Below, one piece after another: positions 11,459 through 23,677 of a stretch of 64,000 bases of DNA (its first letter is position 1; each line of letters opens with the position of its first letter). The notes beneath the pieces were generated by a model, which was given only the letters and a program-made list of their open reading frames with translations, was not told where the DNA came from and did not search any database. Both the position numbers and the translations under genes were made by a program. Source of the DNA: Pristiophorus japonicus (lineage: Eukaryota); contig NC_092010.1 of the NCBI RefSeq assembly GCF_044704955.1, positions 2,232,001-2,296,000 on the forward strand, in the 5' to 3' direction.

Positions 11459-12743
11459 CTAGCAGTGGTCTCTGTTGGTAACACTGTTTTTCACAACCTG
11501 GCACCGCAACACTTGACTAAGACAAACAAAGATTATCAGCAAGAATATGATCAAACCCTGTACCAAAGATCTCCCTAGGGATCCCAACCATCCCGATGCC
11601 CAATCCCACAAGGTGGTACCGTCCTGGCCCATAGTCTGTTTGTACTCTATTACCTCTTTCCTAATATATTCAGCTAGACTGCTGATCTCTTCTGACTTAT
11701 CCGGGATATACGTACAGCATTCTCCACCAATTAACGTGCATGTCCCTCCTTCTTTGGCTAGGAGATAATCTAAGGCCATACGATTTTGGAGAGCCACTGT
11801 TCGAATGGCTGCCATTTTGTCATTCACCCCTACAAAGGCCTGGGAAGTTGTGTTGGCTACTGATTCTACTAAATTAGCCAGTTCCCGTAACTGCCATTTG
11901 TTTGATACTATTCCATAGCGTGGTATCATTACCTTGAATATTCCATTTAACTATGTCAAATCCCTTTTAAGTCTATGACTTTTATAGGCATTCCTGAGAG
12001 TCTTTGTTGTCCTAATAAAGGGTACCACATGTCCGAAGTAACAGGACCCTATCCAATTGGCTGGTAACCATGGGTAGGTTTTATGGCCACAAATAAAGTA
12101 CGTGCAATTATAGGATGTCAGCCTTTGGTCCTTTCGTGCCATCCATACTCAAGTGGTGTCCCCATCCCACTCTTCACCTGAGGCTTTATTATGGACCATA
12201 GTCCAGTTAACAGTTGCTATCTTTCTCCTGTTAGTGAGATTTGTCATGGCTTGCTATTTAGTCATTTGGGAACACTTGCTGCGTCCCATTTCTGGTCCTT
12301 TCGTCTCTGGAAGGTTATAAATTTATACCCTGCTGACCTCCATTCTGTTGATCCTTCGTTTCTGACACCTTGCTTAGGTTTGTCCTATTTTGCACTATTA
12401 ACCATTCTGCCATTTCTGATTCATTAAAGGGGACGGATCTTAGGGGAATGCCCCCTTCGGAGTGGACAGGTACATGGGAACATATCCAACAACTGGACAA
12501 GTTTCTTTCTTGAGCATACTTATGACTCAGTGCCATAAATACATTTACCTGCAGTTCCCTTTGTTCGTGTTTCTGTACCTCGGGTATTATCAATAACGCA
12601 AAGCACAACCCTGTTAAGCATAGCACTATCAGTCCCCATAGTCCGTACAGTTCCTTATTCAGTCTTCCTTTTTTTGTTCCTCTGGATCCTTCTTCCCTTC
12701 CTCCTGGTCGGGTGCCCTTTTGCAATGGGACACATGGATCCAT
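11459..12743 (-). pseudogene. env: ERV env, frameshifted and partly deleted (SU and TM)
   Basis: Signal-like LWGLIVLCLTGLCFALLII; CWIC (CXXC); furin site RLKR; immunosuppressive domain LQNRMALDYLLAKEGG; CX6CC (CTLIGGECC); TM anchor. Confidence 0.93.
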
Positions 12744-14648
12744 GTCGGTCTTTCCTTTACCTTGATTGCAGTATTAGTCGCCAGCAAGACCTGGTGTGGT
12801 CCTTCAAATCTTGGTTGCAGACTGCTTTTTCTTTTAAAGATTTTGATTAAACGAATTCCCCGGGCTCCAGGTTATGGCACTTCCCTTCCGCTGGCTTGAC
12901 TTGAGCTTCTTTTACCTGTGAATGAAAGCTGGAAATAAATTTGGTTAGTGCAACGCATTTTTCTTCCATTTTGTGGATGTCTATTTGTTTTGCAGTAAAG
13001 GGTGCTGTAAAAGGTAGTCGTTGGGGATGTCCCATAACTACCTCATGCGGTGAAAGGCCTGTTGTTCTGTTGGTTGCAGATCGCATTAACAACAAGGCTA
13101 AGGGCAGCAGTTCTACCCATTTTAGTCCAGTGTCATTACATAATTTTGCCAGCTTATTTTTAAGTATTCCGTTATATCTTTCAACAAGTCCAGCTGATTG
13201 TGGATGATACTGCAATGAAAACCTTGGTTAATCTGTAAAGCTTTACACATTTCTTTGATAACAGTTCCGTGAAATATGACCCATTATCACTAGAAAGCTT
13301 AGCAGGGATTCCGAAGCGCGATACGATTTCTTTTAACACAAATTTAACAATAGTAGTGGCATCGGCCTTTTTACTTGGAAAGGCTTCAATCCATCCAGAG
13401 AACACATCTACAATAACTAATACATACTTGAATCCCATACACATAGGTAATTCAATAAAATCCATTTGTAAATGTACAAAAGGCCCGACTGGATTTGGGT
13501 GGGAGGCAGATTCTACCTTTTCCGTCTTACCCGGATTCATTGTCTGATAGGTAACACAATTTTCACAGATTTGTTTTGCAATTGCCGAAATACCTGGGGC
13601 ATACCAAGTTGCCAAAATATAATCTGCCATCCCCCCTTTGCCTGCATGTATGAATGTATGAACACATCGGGCAATCCATGGAAGTAAGGATCTGGGCGCC
13701 ACCACACGGCCGTCATGGTGAACCCATATTCCTTCTGGAATTTTATAACATTGATCCTTCGTCCAGGTCAACATCTCCTCCGTACTGGCCTGTGTCTGGA
13801 AGGACAGCACATCATTCATAGTGGGTGGTGGGTCTGAGCAATTAATTTCCTTATTGGAAACAATGACACCTGCATCCACCCTTTCTGACAGAGCTGCTGA
13901 CGTAGCTGCATTATCAGCTCTCGCGTTTCCAAGTGCCACCTCATTCAACTGGCCTGTATGTGCTTGGCATTTGATAATGGCAAGTTTTAAGGGCCATTGA
14001 ATGGCTCGCAGAAGATTTTCTACTTGTTCTGCATTCTTGATAGTGGTTCCTGAAGAAGTCAGGTACCCGCGAATTTTCCAAATTTGTCCATAGTCATGCG
14101 TTACTCCAAAAGCATAGCTGGAGTCAGTGTAAATATTAACTGTTTGTCCTTCAGCCAGAATACAGGCTCGAGTTAACGCAAATAATTCGGCTTGTTGGGC
14201 TGAAAAGGAGTCTGGAAGAGAGGCTGTTTCGACAACATTTAACTGGGTTACATTTGCATAAGCTGCTTTAGGTTGGCCCCTGTCATTACGTAAGGCTGAT
14301 CCGTCAACATAGTAGACTAGATCAGGGTTACACATTGGTACATCTGTTAAATTGATACGTGGTTTAGTCACTAATTCGGTTACAATTTCACATGAATGGG
14401 GTTTGTCGTCTTCTTCCGTGGGGACTAGAGTGGCTGGATTTAAGGTAGTACATCTTTTAATGATAACGTTCGGATTTGATACCAGTTCAACTTCATATTT
14501 AGTGGTTCTTGCAGAAGTTAGGTGTTGAGTGGCACATTTAGTAAGTAAAATCTCGACAGAGTGTGGGATATAGAAAATGGTCTGATGATTTGGAGTTATT
14601 GTCTGAGCCTGTTGTACAGCATAATAAGCTGCTGCCAAAGAAGGAAGA
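12700..14648 (-). pseudogene. pol: ERV pol 3' half: tether, RNase H and integrase
   Basis: KRCTTLNPATL; YYVDGS, SAQQAEL, IYTDS, GNARAD; HTFIH..CENC; QMDFI, SDNG, YHPQSAGLVER; frameshift near 13215. Confidence 0.93.
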
Positions 14649-17600
14649 TGAAAGGTCCTTACTATACAGTATGAATGCACACGAGACCCATGCTTGAGAC
14701 AAGGTCTGTCTGTGACCTGTCCTTTATTCCTTAGCACTCAAGTGATGAAGGTGGGCGGAGCTTCCCCTTTTCTACCCAAAGGTCCAGGTTAGGAGTGTCT
14801 CCCACTAGTTCACCACCTAGTGGTCATTGTTCTCACAGTGTACAACTTAGGTCAGCTTATACATGGGTTACAATGCTGGTTGAATACATGATATCACCTC
14901 CTCCACCCCCACCCCCCAAAGTCTTATTGGGATCACAGGTTGAGTCTCTCTGGTGGTTTACGCTCTCTTGTCGAGCGCCTGAGTTGGGGCTCCGGTTGTT
15001 GGACGCTGGCCTGAGTGTCTGCTGTTTGCGGTGCCTCAGACCTGTCCGGACTGCCCACAGTGACTGGGCTCTCCTCCTTTTGATTCCGGTGTTCGGTCAC
15101 CTGTGGTGGAGTGAACTCTATGTCGTGTTCTTCCTCTGCTTCTTCTACGGGGTTGCTGAACCTCCTTTTTGTTTCGAAACATAGAAACATAGAAAATAGG
15201 TGCAGGAGTAGGCCATTCGGCCCTTCTAGCCTGCACCACCATTCAATGAGTTCATGACTGAACATGCAACTTCAGTACCCCATTGCTGCTTTCTCGCCAT
15301 ACCCCTTGATCCCCCTAGTAGTAAGGACTACATCTAACTCCTTTTTGAATATATTTAGTGAATTGGCCTCAACAACTTTCTGTGGTAGAGTATTCCACAG
15401 GTTCACCACTCTCTGGGTGAAGAAGTTTCTCCTCATCTCGGTCGGAAATGGCTTACCCCTTATCCTTAGACTGTAACCCCTGGTTCTGAACTTCCCCAAC
15501 ATTGTGAAATTTCTTCCTGCATCGAACCTGTCTAAACCCATCAGAATTTTAAACGTTTCTATAAGGTCCCCTCTCATTCTTCTGAACTCCAGTGAATACA
15601 AGCCCAGTTGATTTAGTCTTTCTTGATAGGTCAGTCCCGCCATCCCGGGAATCAGTCTGGTGAACCTTCGCTGCACTCCCTCAATAACAAGATTGTCCTT
15701 CCTCAGGTTAGGAGACCAAAACTGTACCCAATACTCCAGGTGTGGCCTCACCAAGGCCCTGTACAACTGTAGCAACACCTCCCTGCCCCTGTACTCAAAT
15801 CCCCTCGCTATGAAGGCCAATATGCCATTTGCTTTCTTAACCGCCTGCTGTACCTGCATGCCAACCTTCAATGACTGATGTACCATGACACCCAGGTCTC
15901 GTTGCACCTCCCCTTTTCCTAATCTGTCACCATTCAGATAATAGTCTGTCTCTCTGTTTTTACCACCAAAGTGGACAACCTCACATTTATTCACATTATA
16001 CTTCATCTGCCATGCATTTACCCACTCACCTAACATATCCAAGTCGCTCTGCAGCCTCATAGCATCCTCCTCGCAGCTCACACTGCCACCTAACTTAGTG
16101 TCATTCGCAAATTTGGAGATACTACATTTAATCCCCTCGTCTAAATCATTAATATACAATGTAAACAGCTGGGGCCCCAGCACAGAAACTTGCGGTACCC
16201 CACTACTCACCTCCTGCCATTCTGAAAAGTACCCATTTTTTCCTACTCTTTGCTTCCTGTCTGACAACCATTTCTCAATCCATGTCAGCACACTACCTCC
16301 AATCCCATGTGCTTTAACTTTGCATTTGATCCACAAGTTTGCGGCAGATTTGTCCATTGGTAAGTTTAACTACCAGAATCCTATTTCCCTCTTTGGCAAT
16401 CACAGTGTCTGCGAGCCATTTGGGCCCTGCAGCGTAGTTGAGGACACAAACAGGGTAATTTACATCACTACATCGCGCCTTCGCATTCCTGTCATGGTAG
16501 TGATATTGTGACTGGCGCCTGCTCTCGACAATTTCTTTCATGGTGGGGTGTATAAGGGATAACCGGGTTTTGAGTGTCCTTTTCATTAGCAGCTCTGCGG
16601 GTGGAACCCCTGTGAGCAAGTGTGGTCGGGATCTGTAGGACAACAAGAGGCGTGATAAGCGCCTTTGTAGGGAACCCCCTTGGATTCTGAGGATCCCCTG
16701 TTTGATTATCTGCACTGCTCGTTCTGCCTGGCCGTTAAAGGCCGGCTTGAACGGTGCCGGTCTGATAAGGTTAATTCCATTGCCTGCCATGAACTCCTGG
16801 AATTCAATGCTTGTAAAGCACGAGCCATTGTCACTGACCAAGACATCCAGTAGACCGTGGGCGGCGAACATTGCCCATAGACTTTCTACCATGGCAGAGG
16901 ATGAGCTTGAATTTAAAATTTCACACTCGATCCATTTGGAGTAGGCGTCTACTACAACCAAAAACATTTTTCCCATGAAAGGCCCTGCGTAGTCCACATG
17001 GATGCGTGACCAAGGCTTGGCGGGCTAGGACCAGGGGCTAAGGGGGGCTTCCCTGGGTGCGTTGCCCAGCTGGGCACACGTGTTGCACCTGCGAACACAA
17101 AGTTCCAGATCTGCGTCTATCCCTGGCTACGAAACGTGTGACATGGCAATTGCCTTCATCATGACAATGCCCAAGTGCTCATTGTGGAGTTCTCTGATGA
17201 ACACCTCTCTGCCCATCTGGGGCATGACTACGCAGTTTCCCCACAGTAGGCAATCGGCCTGAATTGCGAGTTCATCACTGCGCCTGTGAAATGGTTTAAA
17301 TTCCTCAGGGCATGCCCTGTACGTGGCTGCCCAGTCCCCATTTAGGACACATTTCTTGACTAGAGACAATAGCGGGTCTCTATTTGTCCAGACTTTAATC
17401 TGACGGGCTGTCACGGATGAGCCTTCGTTTCCGAAACCTTCAACAGCCATGACCATCTCAGCAGCATGCTCGGTAGCCCTCTCAGTGGTGGTTAGTGGAA
17501 GCCTGCTGAGTGCATCGGCACAGTTTTCGGTGCCCGGTCTATGCCAAATTGTATCGTCATAGGCGGCTAACGTGAGTGCTCACCTCTGTATGCGGGCCGA

Positions 17601-18434
17601 TGCATTTGCATTTATGGCCTTATTGTCGGCCAAAAGGGATGTTAGGTCTCCAGCTCAAATTTCCTGCCAAACAGGTACTGGTGCATTTTCTTTGCCACAT
17701 ATACACATGCGAGCACCTCCTTTTCTACCATCCCGTAGCCCCTTTCTGCCTGGGACAGACTCCTGGAGGCATAAGCAACCGGCTGTAACTGACCCTTGAC
17801 ATTGACATGCTGCAACACACACCCGACACCATAGTACGACGCATCGCACGTTAACAAAAGTTTCTTACATGGGTCATATAGCGTTAACAGATTGTTGGAA
17901 TATAACAAATTGCGTGCTCTATTAAAAGCCCTTTCCTGGCTGTCCCCCCAGACCCATTCACGACCTTTGCATAGGAGGACGTGTAGCGGCTCTAGCAGCA
18001 TGTTCAATTGGGGAAGAAAGTTACCAAAATAGTTCAGGAGCCCCAGGAACGAACGCAACTCCGTCGTGTTACGGAGTCTGGGTGCTCTCTGGATCGCTTC
18101 CGTCTTGGACGCATTAGGGCTGATCCCGTCTGCTGCTACCCTCATCCCCAGGAATTCTGCCTCTGGAGCTAGGAAGACGCACTTCGCCTTTTTCAGTCGC
18201 AGCCCTACCCGGTCCAGTCTGCGTAGCCCCTCCTCCAGGTTGTGGAGGTGCTCTTCCGTATCATAACCCGTGATGAGGATGTCGTCCTGAAAAACCACCG
18301 TCCCTGGAATCGACTTGAGGAGGCTTTCCATATTTTGCTGAACGATCGCGGCGGCCGAGCGAATCCCATGTTCTCACAGTGTACAACTTAGATCAGATTA
18401 TGCATGGGTTACAATGCTGGTTGAATACATGACA
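14649..18434 (-). mobile_element. Ty3/Gypsy element inserted in ERV pol; 3' LTR 14649-14893, 5' LTR remnant about 18368-18434; gag/PR and RT N-terminus deleted
   Basis: 5-bp TSD GAAGA (14644-14648 and 18435-18439); G-rich PPT next to 14894; FQDD, TCDAS and DYAGPF motifs; removal restores ERV pol ARELPGCLPSLAAA in frame. Confidence 0.93.
15175..16326 (-). mobile_element. 5'-truncated young CR1 LINE inserted in the Gypsy integrase tail
   Basis: Open RT C-terminus (SGVPQVSVLGP, KFANDTKL) and (TATGTTTC)n tail. Confidence 0.95.
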
Positions 18435-20475
18435 GAAGACATCCTGGTAGTTCGCGTGCCACTGGACCTAGTTGGGTACTGAAATACGCTATCGGTCGCT
18501 GCCGGTCCCCATGTAACTGAATCAAAACAGATTTTGCAAAACCCGACTTGTGATGAACAAATAAGTTGAATGGCTTCGTGTAGTCTCGCAATCCCAAGGC
18601 CGGTGCTGAAGTGAGGGACTGCTTAAGGTTCTGGAAAGCATTCCGGGATACTTCAATCCAAATCAACTTTTCTGGTAGTGAGGGCATGGACATGTCTAAC
18701 AATGGCCTAACGACCTTGGAATAATTCATAATCCATTGCCTGCAATATCCTGACATGCCGAGGAAATGTTTCATTTCTCTCTTGGTTCTTGGTAGTGGAG
18801 CAGAGCAGATTGCTTTTACTCTGTCTTGTGTCAATTGTCTTGTATCTCTGACCAATTCGTGTCCTAGATACCGAACCCTTTCTGAGACTAATTGTAACTT
18901 CGCCTTTGACACTTTGTGTGCTTTCGAGGCCAAGGCTTTTAATAACACAAGAGAATCTGTTTCGCAGGCTGATTTGGCAGGTGAGGCGAGCAGTAAGTCT
19001 TCAACATGCAGCACAAAGGTAGAACCTGCTGGTAAAATTATATTTTCCAGATCCTTCTTTAAGCATTGTGAAAATGTAGTAGGTCTTTCGGTAAATCCCT
19101 GTGAGAGTCTTGTCCACGTATATTGATGTCCTTTATACATGAAGGCAAACAGGAATTGGGGCTCTGGGTGAATGGGTATTGAGAAAAATGCTGAACGTAG
19201 GTCAATCACCCTATATACAGACAGGAAGCAAAGAGTAAGAGTAAATGGGTACTTTTCAGAATGGCAGGCAGTGACTAGTGGGGTACCGCAAGGTTCTGTG
19301 CTGGGGCCCCAGCTGTTTACATTGTACATTAATGATTTAGACGAGGGGATTAAATGCAGTACCTCCAAATTTGCGGATGACACTAAGTTGGGTGGCAGTG
19401 TGAGCTGCGAGGAGGATGCTATGAGGCTGCAGAGTGACTTGGATAGGTTAGGTGGGTGGGCAAATGCGTGGCAGATGAATTATAATGTGGATAAATGTGA
19501 GGGTATCCACTTTGGTGGAAAAAACAGGGAAACAAACTATTATCTGAATGGTGACAGATTAGGAAAAGGGAAGGTGCAACGAGACCTGGGTGTCATGGTA
19601 CATCAGTCATTGAAGGTTGGCATGCTGGTACAGCAGGCGGTTAAGAAAGCAAATGGCATGTTGGCCTTCATAGCGAGGGGATTTGAGTACAGGGGCAGGG
19701 AGGTGTTGCTACAGTTGTACAGGGCCTTGGTGAGGCCACACCTGGAGCATTGTGTACAGTTTTGGTCTCCTAACTTGAGGAAGGACATTCTTGCTATTGA
19801 CGGAGTGCAGCGAAGATTCACCAGACTGATTCCCGGGATGGTGGGACTGACCTATCAAGAAAGACTGGATCAACTGGGCTTGAATTCACTGGAGTTCAGA
19901 AGAGTGAGAGGGGACCTCATAGAAACGTTTAAAATTCTGACGGGTTTGGACAGATTGGATGCAGGAAGAATGTTCCCAATGTTTGGGACGTCCAGAGCCA
20001 GGGGTCACAGTCTAAGGATAAGGGGTAAGCCATTTAGGACCGAGATGAGGAGAAACTTCTTCACCCAGAGAGTGGTGAACCTGTGGAATTCTCTACCACA
20101 GAAACTAGTTGAGGCCAATTCACTAAATATATCCAAAAGGGAGTTAGATGAAGTCCTTACTACTCGGGGGATCAAGGGGTATGGCGTGAAACAGGAAGGG
20201 GGTACTGAAGTTTCATATTCAGCCATGAACTCATTAAATGGCGGTGCAGTCTAGAAGGGCTGAATGGCCTGCTCCTGCACCTATTTTCTATGTTTCTATG
20301 TTTCTATACGTTGAGTTTGCCGGAATACTGGTAAATATAGTCGAAGGATTGGGCACCACCGGATAAGTTGGGAATACAGATTCATTCACAGCTCGTAGGT
20401 CTTGGACAAACCTCCATTTGTCACTACTGGACTTCTGAACTGGAAAAATCAGTGTGTTACACGGACTTCTCATTT
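18435..20475 (-). pseudogene. pol: ERV pol 5' half: reverse transcriptase, split by a CR1 insertion
   Basis: SPCNTLIFPVQK..WRFVQDLRAVN, VIDLRSAFFSIP, YTWTRLSQGF, and HVED in place of YVDD. Confidence 0.92.
19219..20305 (+). mobile_element. 5'-truncated young CR1 LINE inserted in ERV RT
   Basis: [19 protein letters not shown], (TATGTTTC)n tail; short candidate TSD CTATA/TATAC. Confidence 0.95.
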
Positions 20476-21423
20476 ATGCTTATCGTGATTCACAGATCAT
20501 AGAATGCAAAGTAATTGTTTTATAATTGCGTGCCCAACTTCTGTTTTAGAAGCTGAACATCAAAAACTCCAATCTTTTGCTCTGTAACTTCAATTTTATG
20601 AGACAGTGTCTCATAAATTACATCATATTAAACTTCAGCTTCTGACACAGCAGTTGTGTAATTTTATTAAAAATGATTCCAAACCCAAGATTTTTCAATA
20701 CAACCAAAATGTTTATCAAAGAGATATCTCAAAAACCCAATTCAAATATTGTACTGCCAATCTTTTATTTAAAACTCTTTTTACTGAGCTAGAAGCTTTT
20801 GTGTCAAGGTTTTATACAAAAGGAAAAGGGGGGTGTCTTTCCCCAGCCTCGAGAGACCAACACAGGTTTTTTGTAAAAAAAAAGGCATTACATCTTCCCT
20901 TCTCCGTTCTTTATCTCATTCCTAGACTAAATTTATTGTCTTTCAATCCAATGTAATCAATGATTGCGTCTTTTCTTTTGACAAGTGAGCGTGTCGAATT
21001 TTTTTTTTAAACCAACAGGACTACGCATTTTTTTAATCTTTTGTTCAACAAACCTATCCTTAGTGCATTTCCGAGCTCCGTAACTTATCATCCGAATAAA
21101 TCCACACCTGCGTTTCTAACTTAAAATGCAATTCAATTCTCGGTTCACACTTTCTTAAAACTTCCCACATACAGGACAACAATACGAAGGATTATAAAAA
21201 CCTTCACTCTGTTCGAAAAAGTGGGTGGAGCTAAAACAGCAGACAGCTCCACCACTTTCTCAAACAGGCTTTCAGACACATGAAACATTCATTAATTCCG
21301 ACCTCAAATATTCCGTAGTCAAAAATCACACAAGCACTCTCATTCAAAGACAGACATTCACAAAAGTCTCTCTTAATTCAACAAAGCTTATTGTTTGGCC
21401 AGCTCTATATTTCGATCCATACA

Positions 21424-21825
21424 TCACTTAAGATAGTCACTATCAGGGTTTTTTTTCCTTTTCTTACATATTGATTTACTTCCTCTGTTAATTTTACATG
21501 GGCTCAAATAATCGGAACCCAGGCCTTTTCTATTACTTTCTTTTTTTCCCGCTTCTACCTGGGTCTCGTCTACAAGACACTCCTCCAGACATGTGATTAT
21601 TTCTAAATTAAATGAAGCATCGGGTGGAAATGGCCTGTTTTCACCCTTAGTCCATTTTACTATTTTTTTTAGGTGGTCAATTGAAGACTGACCACAATCC
21701 TGGAGCATAAAATAGGCTGCTGTGCCCTTTGGTGGTGTTTTACTTGCTCCGGCTTCTGGATGAGTAAGATTTTTCACAGTTTCTGATTTCACAATCCTTT
21801 CGGTCAACGAGTTCTCTACGCCCAC
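21424..21825 (-). pseudogene. gag: ERV gag N-terminal (matrix-like) fragment
   Basis: Lies after the PBS/leader; PKGTAAYFM and KWT..FPPDASFNL resemble class I retroviral MA; GTG start; no CA or NC seen. Confidence 0.6.
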
Positions 21826-22180
21826 TTCTCCTGGCCGTCACGTGGCCTCAAAAGGCTCTTAATTTCGGGCTCAGTCTGGGTGCGTGAGATATGTTGACAC
21901 GAACCAACCATAGTTGATCAATCAGTTACTGTTTCTTTTCTCAATCAATCCTTTTTTTTTCCGAATCACAATTTTCTCTCGTGACTCTTCCCATTTCTCT
22001 AATTGCAATGTCGCACAAAAGTATTGAACACAACAGTATAACAAAGACAACTCGGACAATCAACATTCACGTGAGTATACAGATCATAGCCTTAAACTCT
22101 ATCTAAACAAATAGTCAATTCTCGGTCTGCATTGTATGCCACGACAGACCGAATCCTTAACTTATCTTAATAACATTTAT

Positions 22181-22352
22181 GGTCCTATCGCACAAGGACC
22201 TGGATTCTATCACATAAGGACCGTCTCCCTTCTAAGGCAGTCCTATCAGACAAGGAACTTTCCTTTAGGGACTTGTAATATCGTATCAAACAAGGATAAT
22301 TCCCTTTATGGTCATATCGCACAAGGACCCTGATCCTATCACACAAGGATCA
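22181..22352 (-). other. Six repeated stem-loops in the ERV leader (candidate packaging/dimerisation signal)
   Basis: Plus-strand NNTCCT-ATCRNAYA-AGGANN at 22181, 22203, 22240, 22279, 22310 and 22331, with co-varying outer pairs. Confidence 0.6.
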
Positions 22353-22655
22353 TCAATCGATAGCCCTCTTCTTACTTTTTACTAATGAAAATCTCCCCGG
22401 GCTTCGGAAATTTTCAGGATCAGATCCCTTCTGCCTACAAGCTGAGAAGGAAAAAATTCCCAAAATAACTTTAGCTCTTAAATGTCGAGTCTCGTAGATC
22501 GCAGTACCTCCACTGTGGACAACAGATTACATATGCGATTTAACAGTAAAGAGACCACTTGTGAGCAAAAGGCTGACCTTATTCTGGCCAGTAAAGCCCT
22601 TCACTGAAGAGGCACTATGCTGGCATCTGTTCACTCACATAGTAGAGAGTAAGCG

Positions 22656-22673
22656 ATCTCGGTGGAACCTCCA
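22656..22673 (-). other. ERV primer-binding site complementary to tRNA-Gln
   Basis: TGGAGGTTCCACCGAGAT is the 18-nt complement of the vertebrate tRNA-Gln 3' end ATCTCGGTGGAACCTCCA. Confidence 0.92.
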
Positions 22674-22682
22674 AGAAGTAAC

Positions 22683-23470
22683 TGTTGAAATCTCGACTCT
22701 CAATATGCGACTCTAACACAATCAGCTCCGGTAGATGTTCCTTTAATAAGTTTTACTTGCAGCAAGGACGAGTCTCACTCAGTAAAAGGCCAAGTGAGGA
22801 CTCTCAAAATGGTACAGTTTCACAATGTATTTATACAGTAGAACAAACCAGTTATGGTTCCATCCTGTGTATTGGTTCTGCCTTTGCAGTCAGTGAAAAC
22901 AGATAAAGAGTTCTTCAATCAGTTAATGATTATCACATCCTTGTCTTTCCATTTTTTCCAAATGTCTCCTTTGTCAGTGACTTTGGTGGGCCAGACAGCA
23001 ATAACTTGATGAGGGTGTGATAATGTGCTATCACCGGCTTTGCATTGTTTTAGGACTGTCCAGTTTCCTGGTCAGTTATTTGGGCCCATGATTTCCATAG
23101 AGGTTGATTGGGTACTTGGCTTCTTGCAAATTATGGATGAGTTCTGTGCAAGAGATAATGGCTGGCAATTTGATTATCTCTTAGGAGGTGAATTGGTTAT
23201 ACATCTTTACAACCTCAGCCCTTCTAAGGTCTGGTATAGTGACAGATTATTCCGGAGAGCACAATGGGTGGTACTTATCTCAGCAGGACAGTCTTAATGT
23301 TGTCTGGTGGCTATTAATCAGCTATCAGCAGTTTCAGTCAAGGTTAGCATGTTTATGCAAACAGACTGTCTGCTGCAGAAGTTTTCTGGTAGGACCGGTA
23401 TTCCATATTGTTTTATGGCAAAAAGGGTACAAAAACAGTGTAATGCAACTTAAAAAAATACATTACCACA
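22683..23470 (-). repeat. ERV 5' LTR (about 788 bp) with TATAAA (22830-22835) and ATTAAA (22742-22747)
   Basis: TGTGGTAATG...TTTCAACA termini; matches 10607-11350; followed by the PBS. Confidence 0.92.
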
Positions 23471-23677
23471 AGAAAAATGAGACAATCTTAAGGGGGTGTC
23501 AAACTGCTCCAGTGATAATTAGCCCTGGACAGCCTAGCTTCACCAACTGGCCTCCCCTATCACTGTTAACTCAACCTGCCCCTTTCACGCACTGACTCAC
23601 TGTCCCACAACTCTGTTTTTAAATTAACTTTTAGTTAGTTGTACGAGATGAGCAGAATCCCAGCCGGTTACCGCTGC

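Larger units (their letters stand above)
10607..23470 (-). mobile_element. Decayed endogenous retrovirus, epsilon-like pol with gamma-type env
   Basis: LTR pair, PBS, PPT, and MA-like, RT, tether, RNase H, IN and env fragments in retroviral order on the minus strand. Confidence 0.93.

Noticed and set aside
11459-12743. Syncytin-like co-opted env
   Set aside because: Broken into three pieces, with a short SU and a damaged fusion-peptide region
13181-14737. 518-aa ORF as a novel or domesticated gene
   Set aside because: Chance fusion: a GTG start in the Gypsy LTR runs into ERV tether/RNase H/IN, which frameshifts within the integrase core
18409-20254. Overlapping 324-aa and 360-aa ORFs as hybrid RT genes
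   Set aside because: Read-through across insertion junctions (antisense CR1 + ERV RT; antisense ERV + CR1 RT); the ERV catalytic motif is HVED
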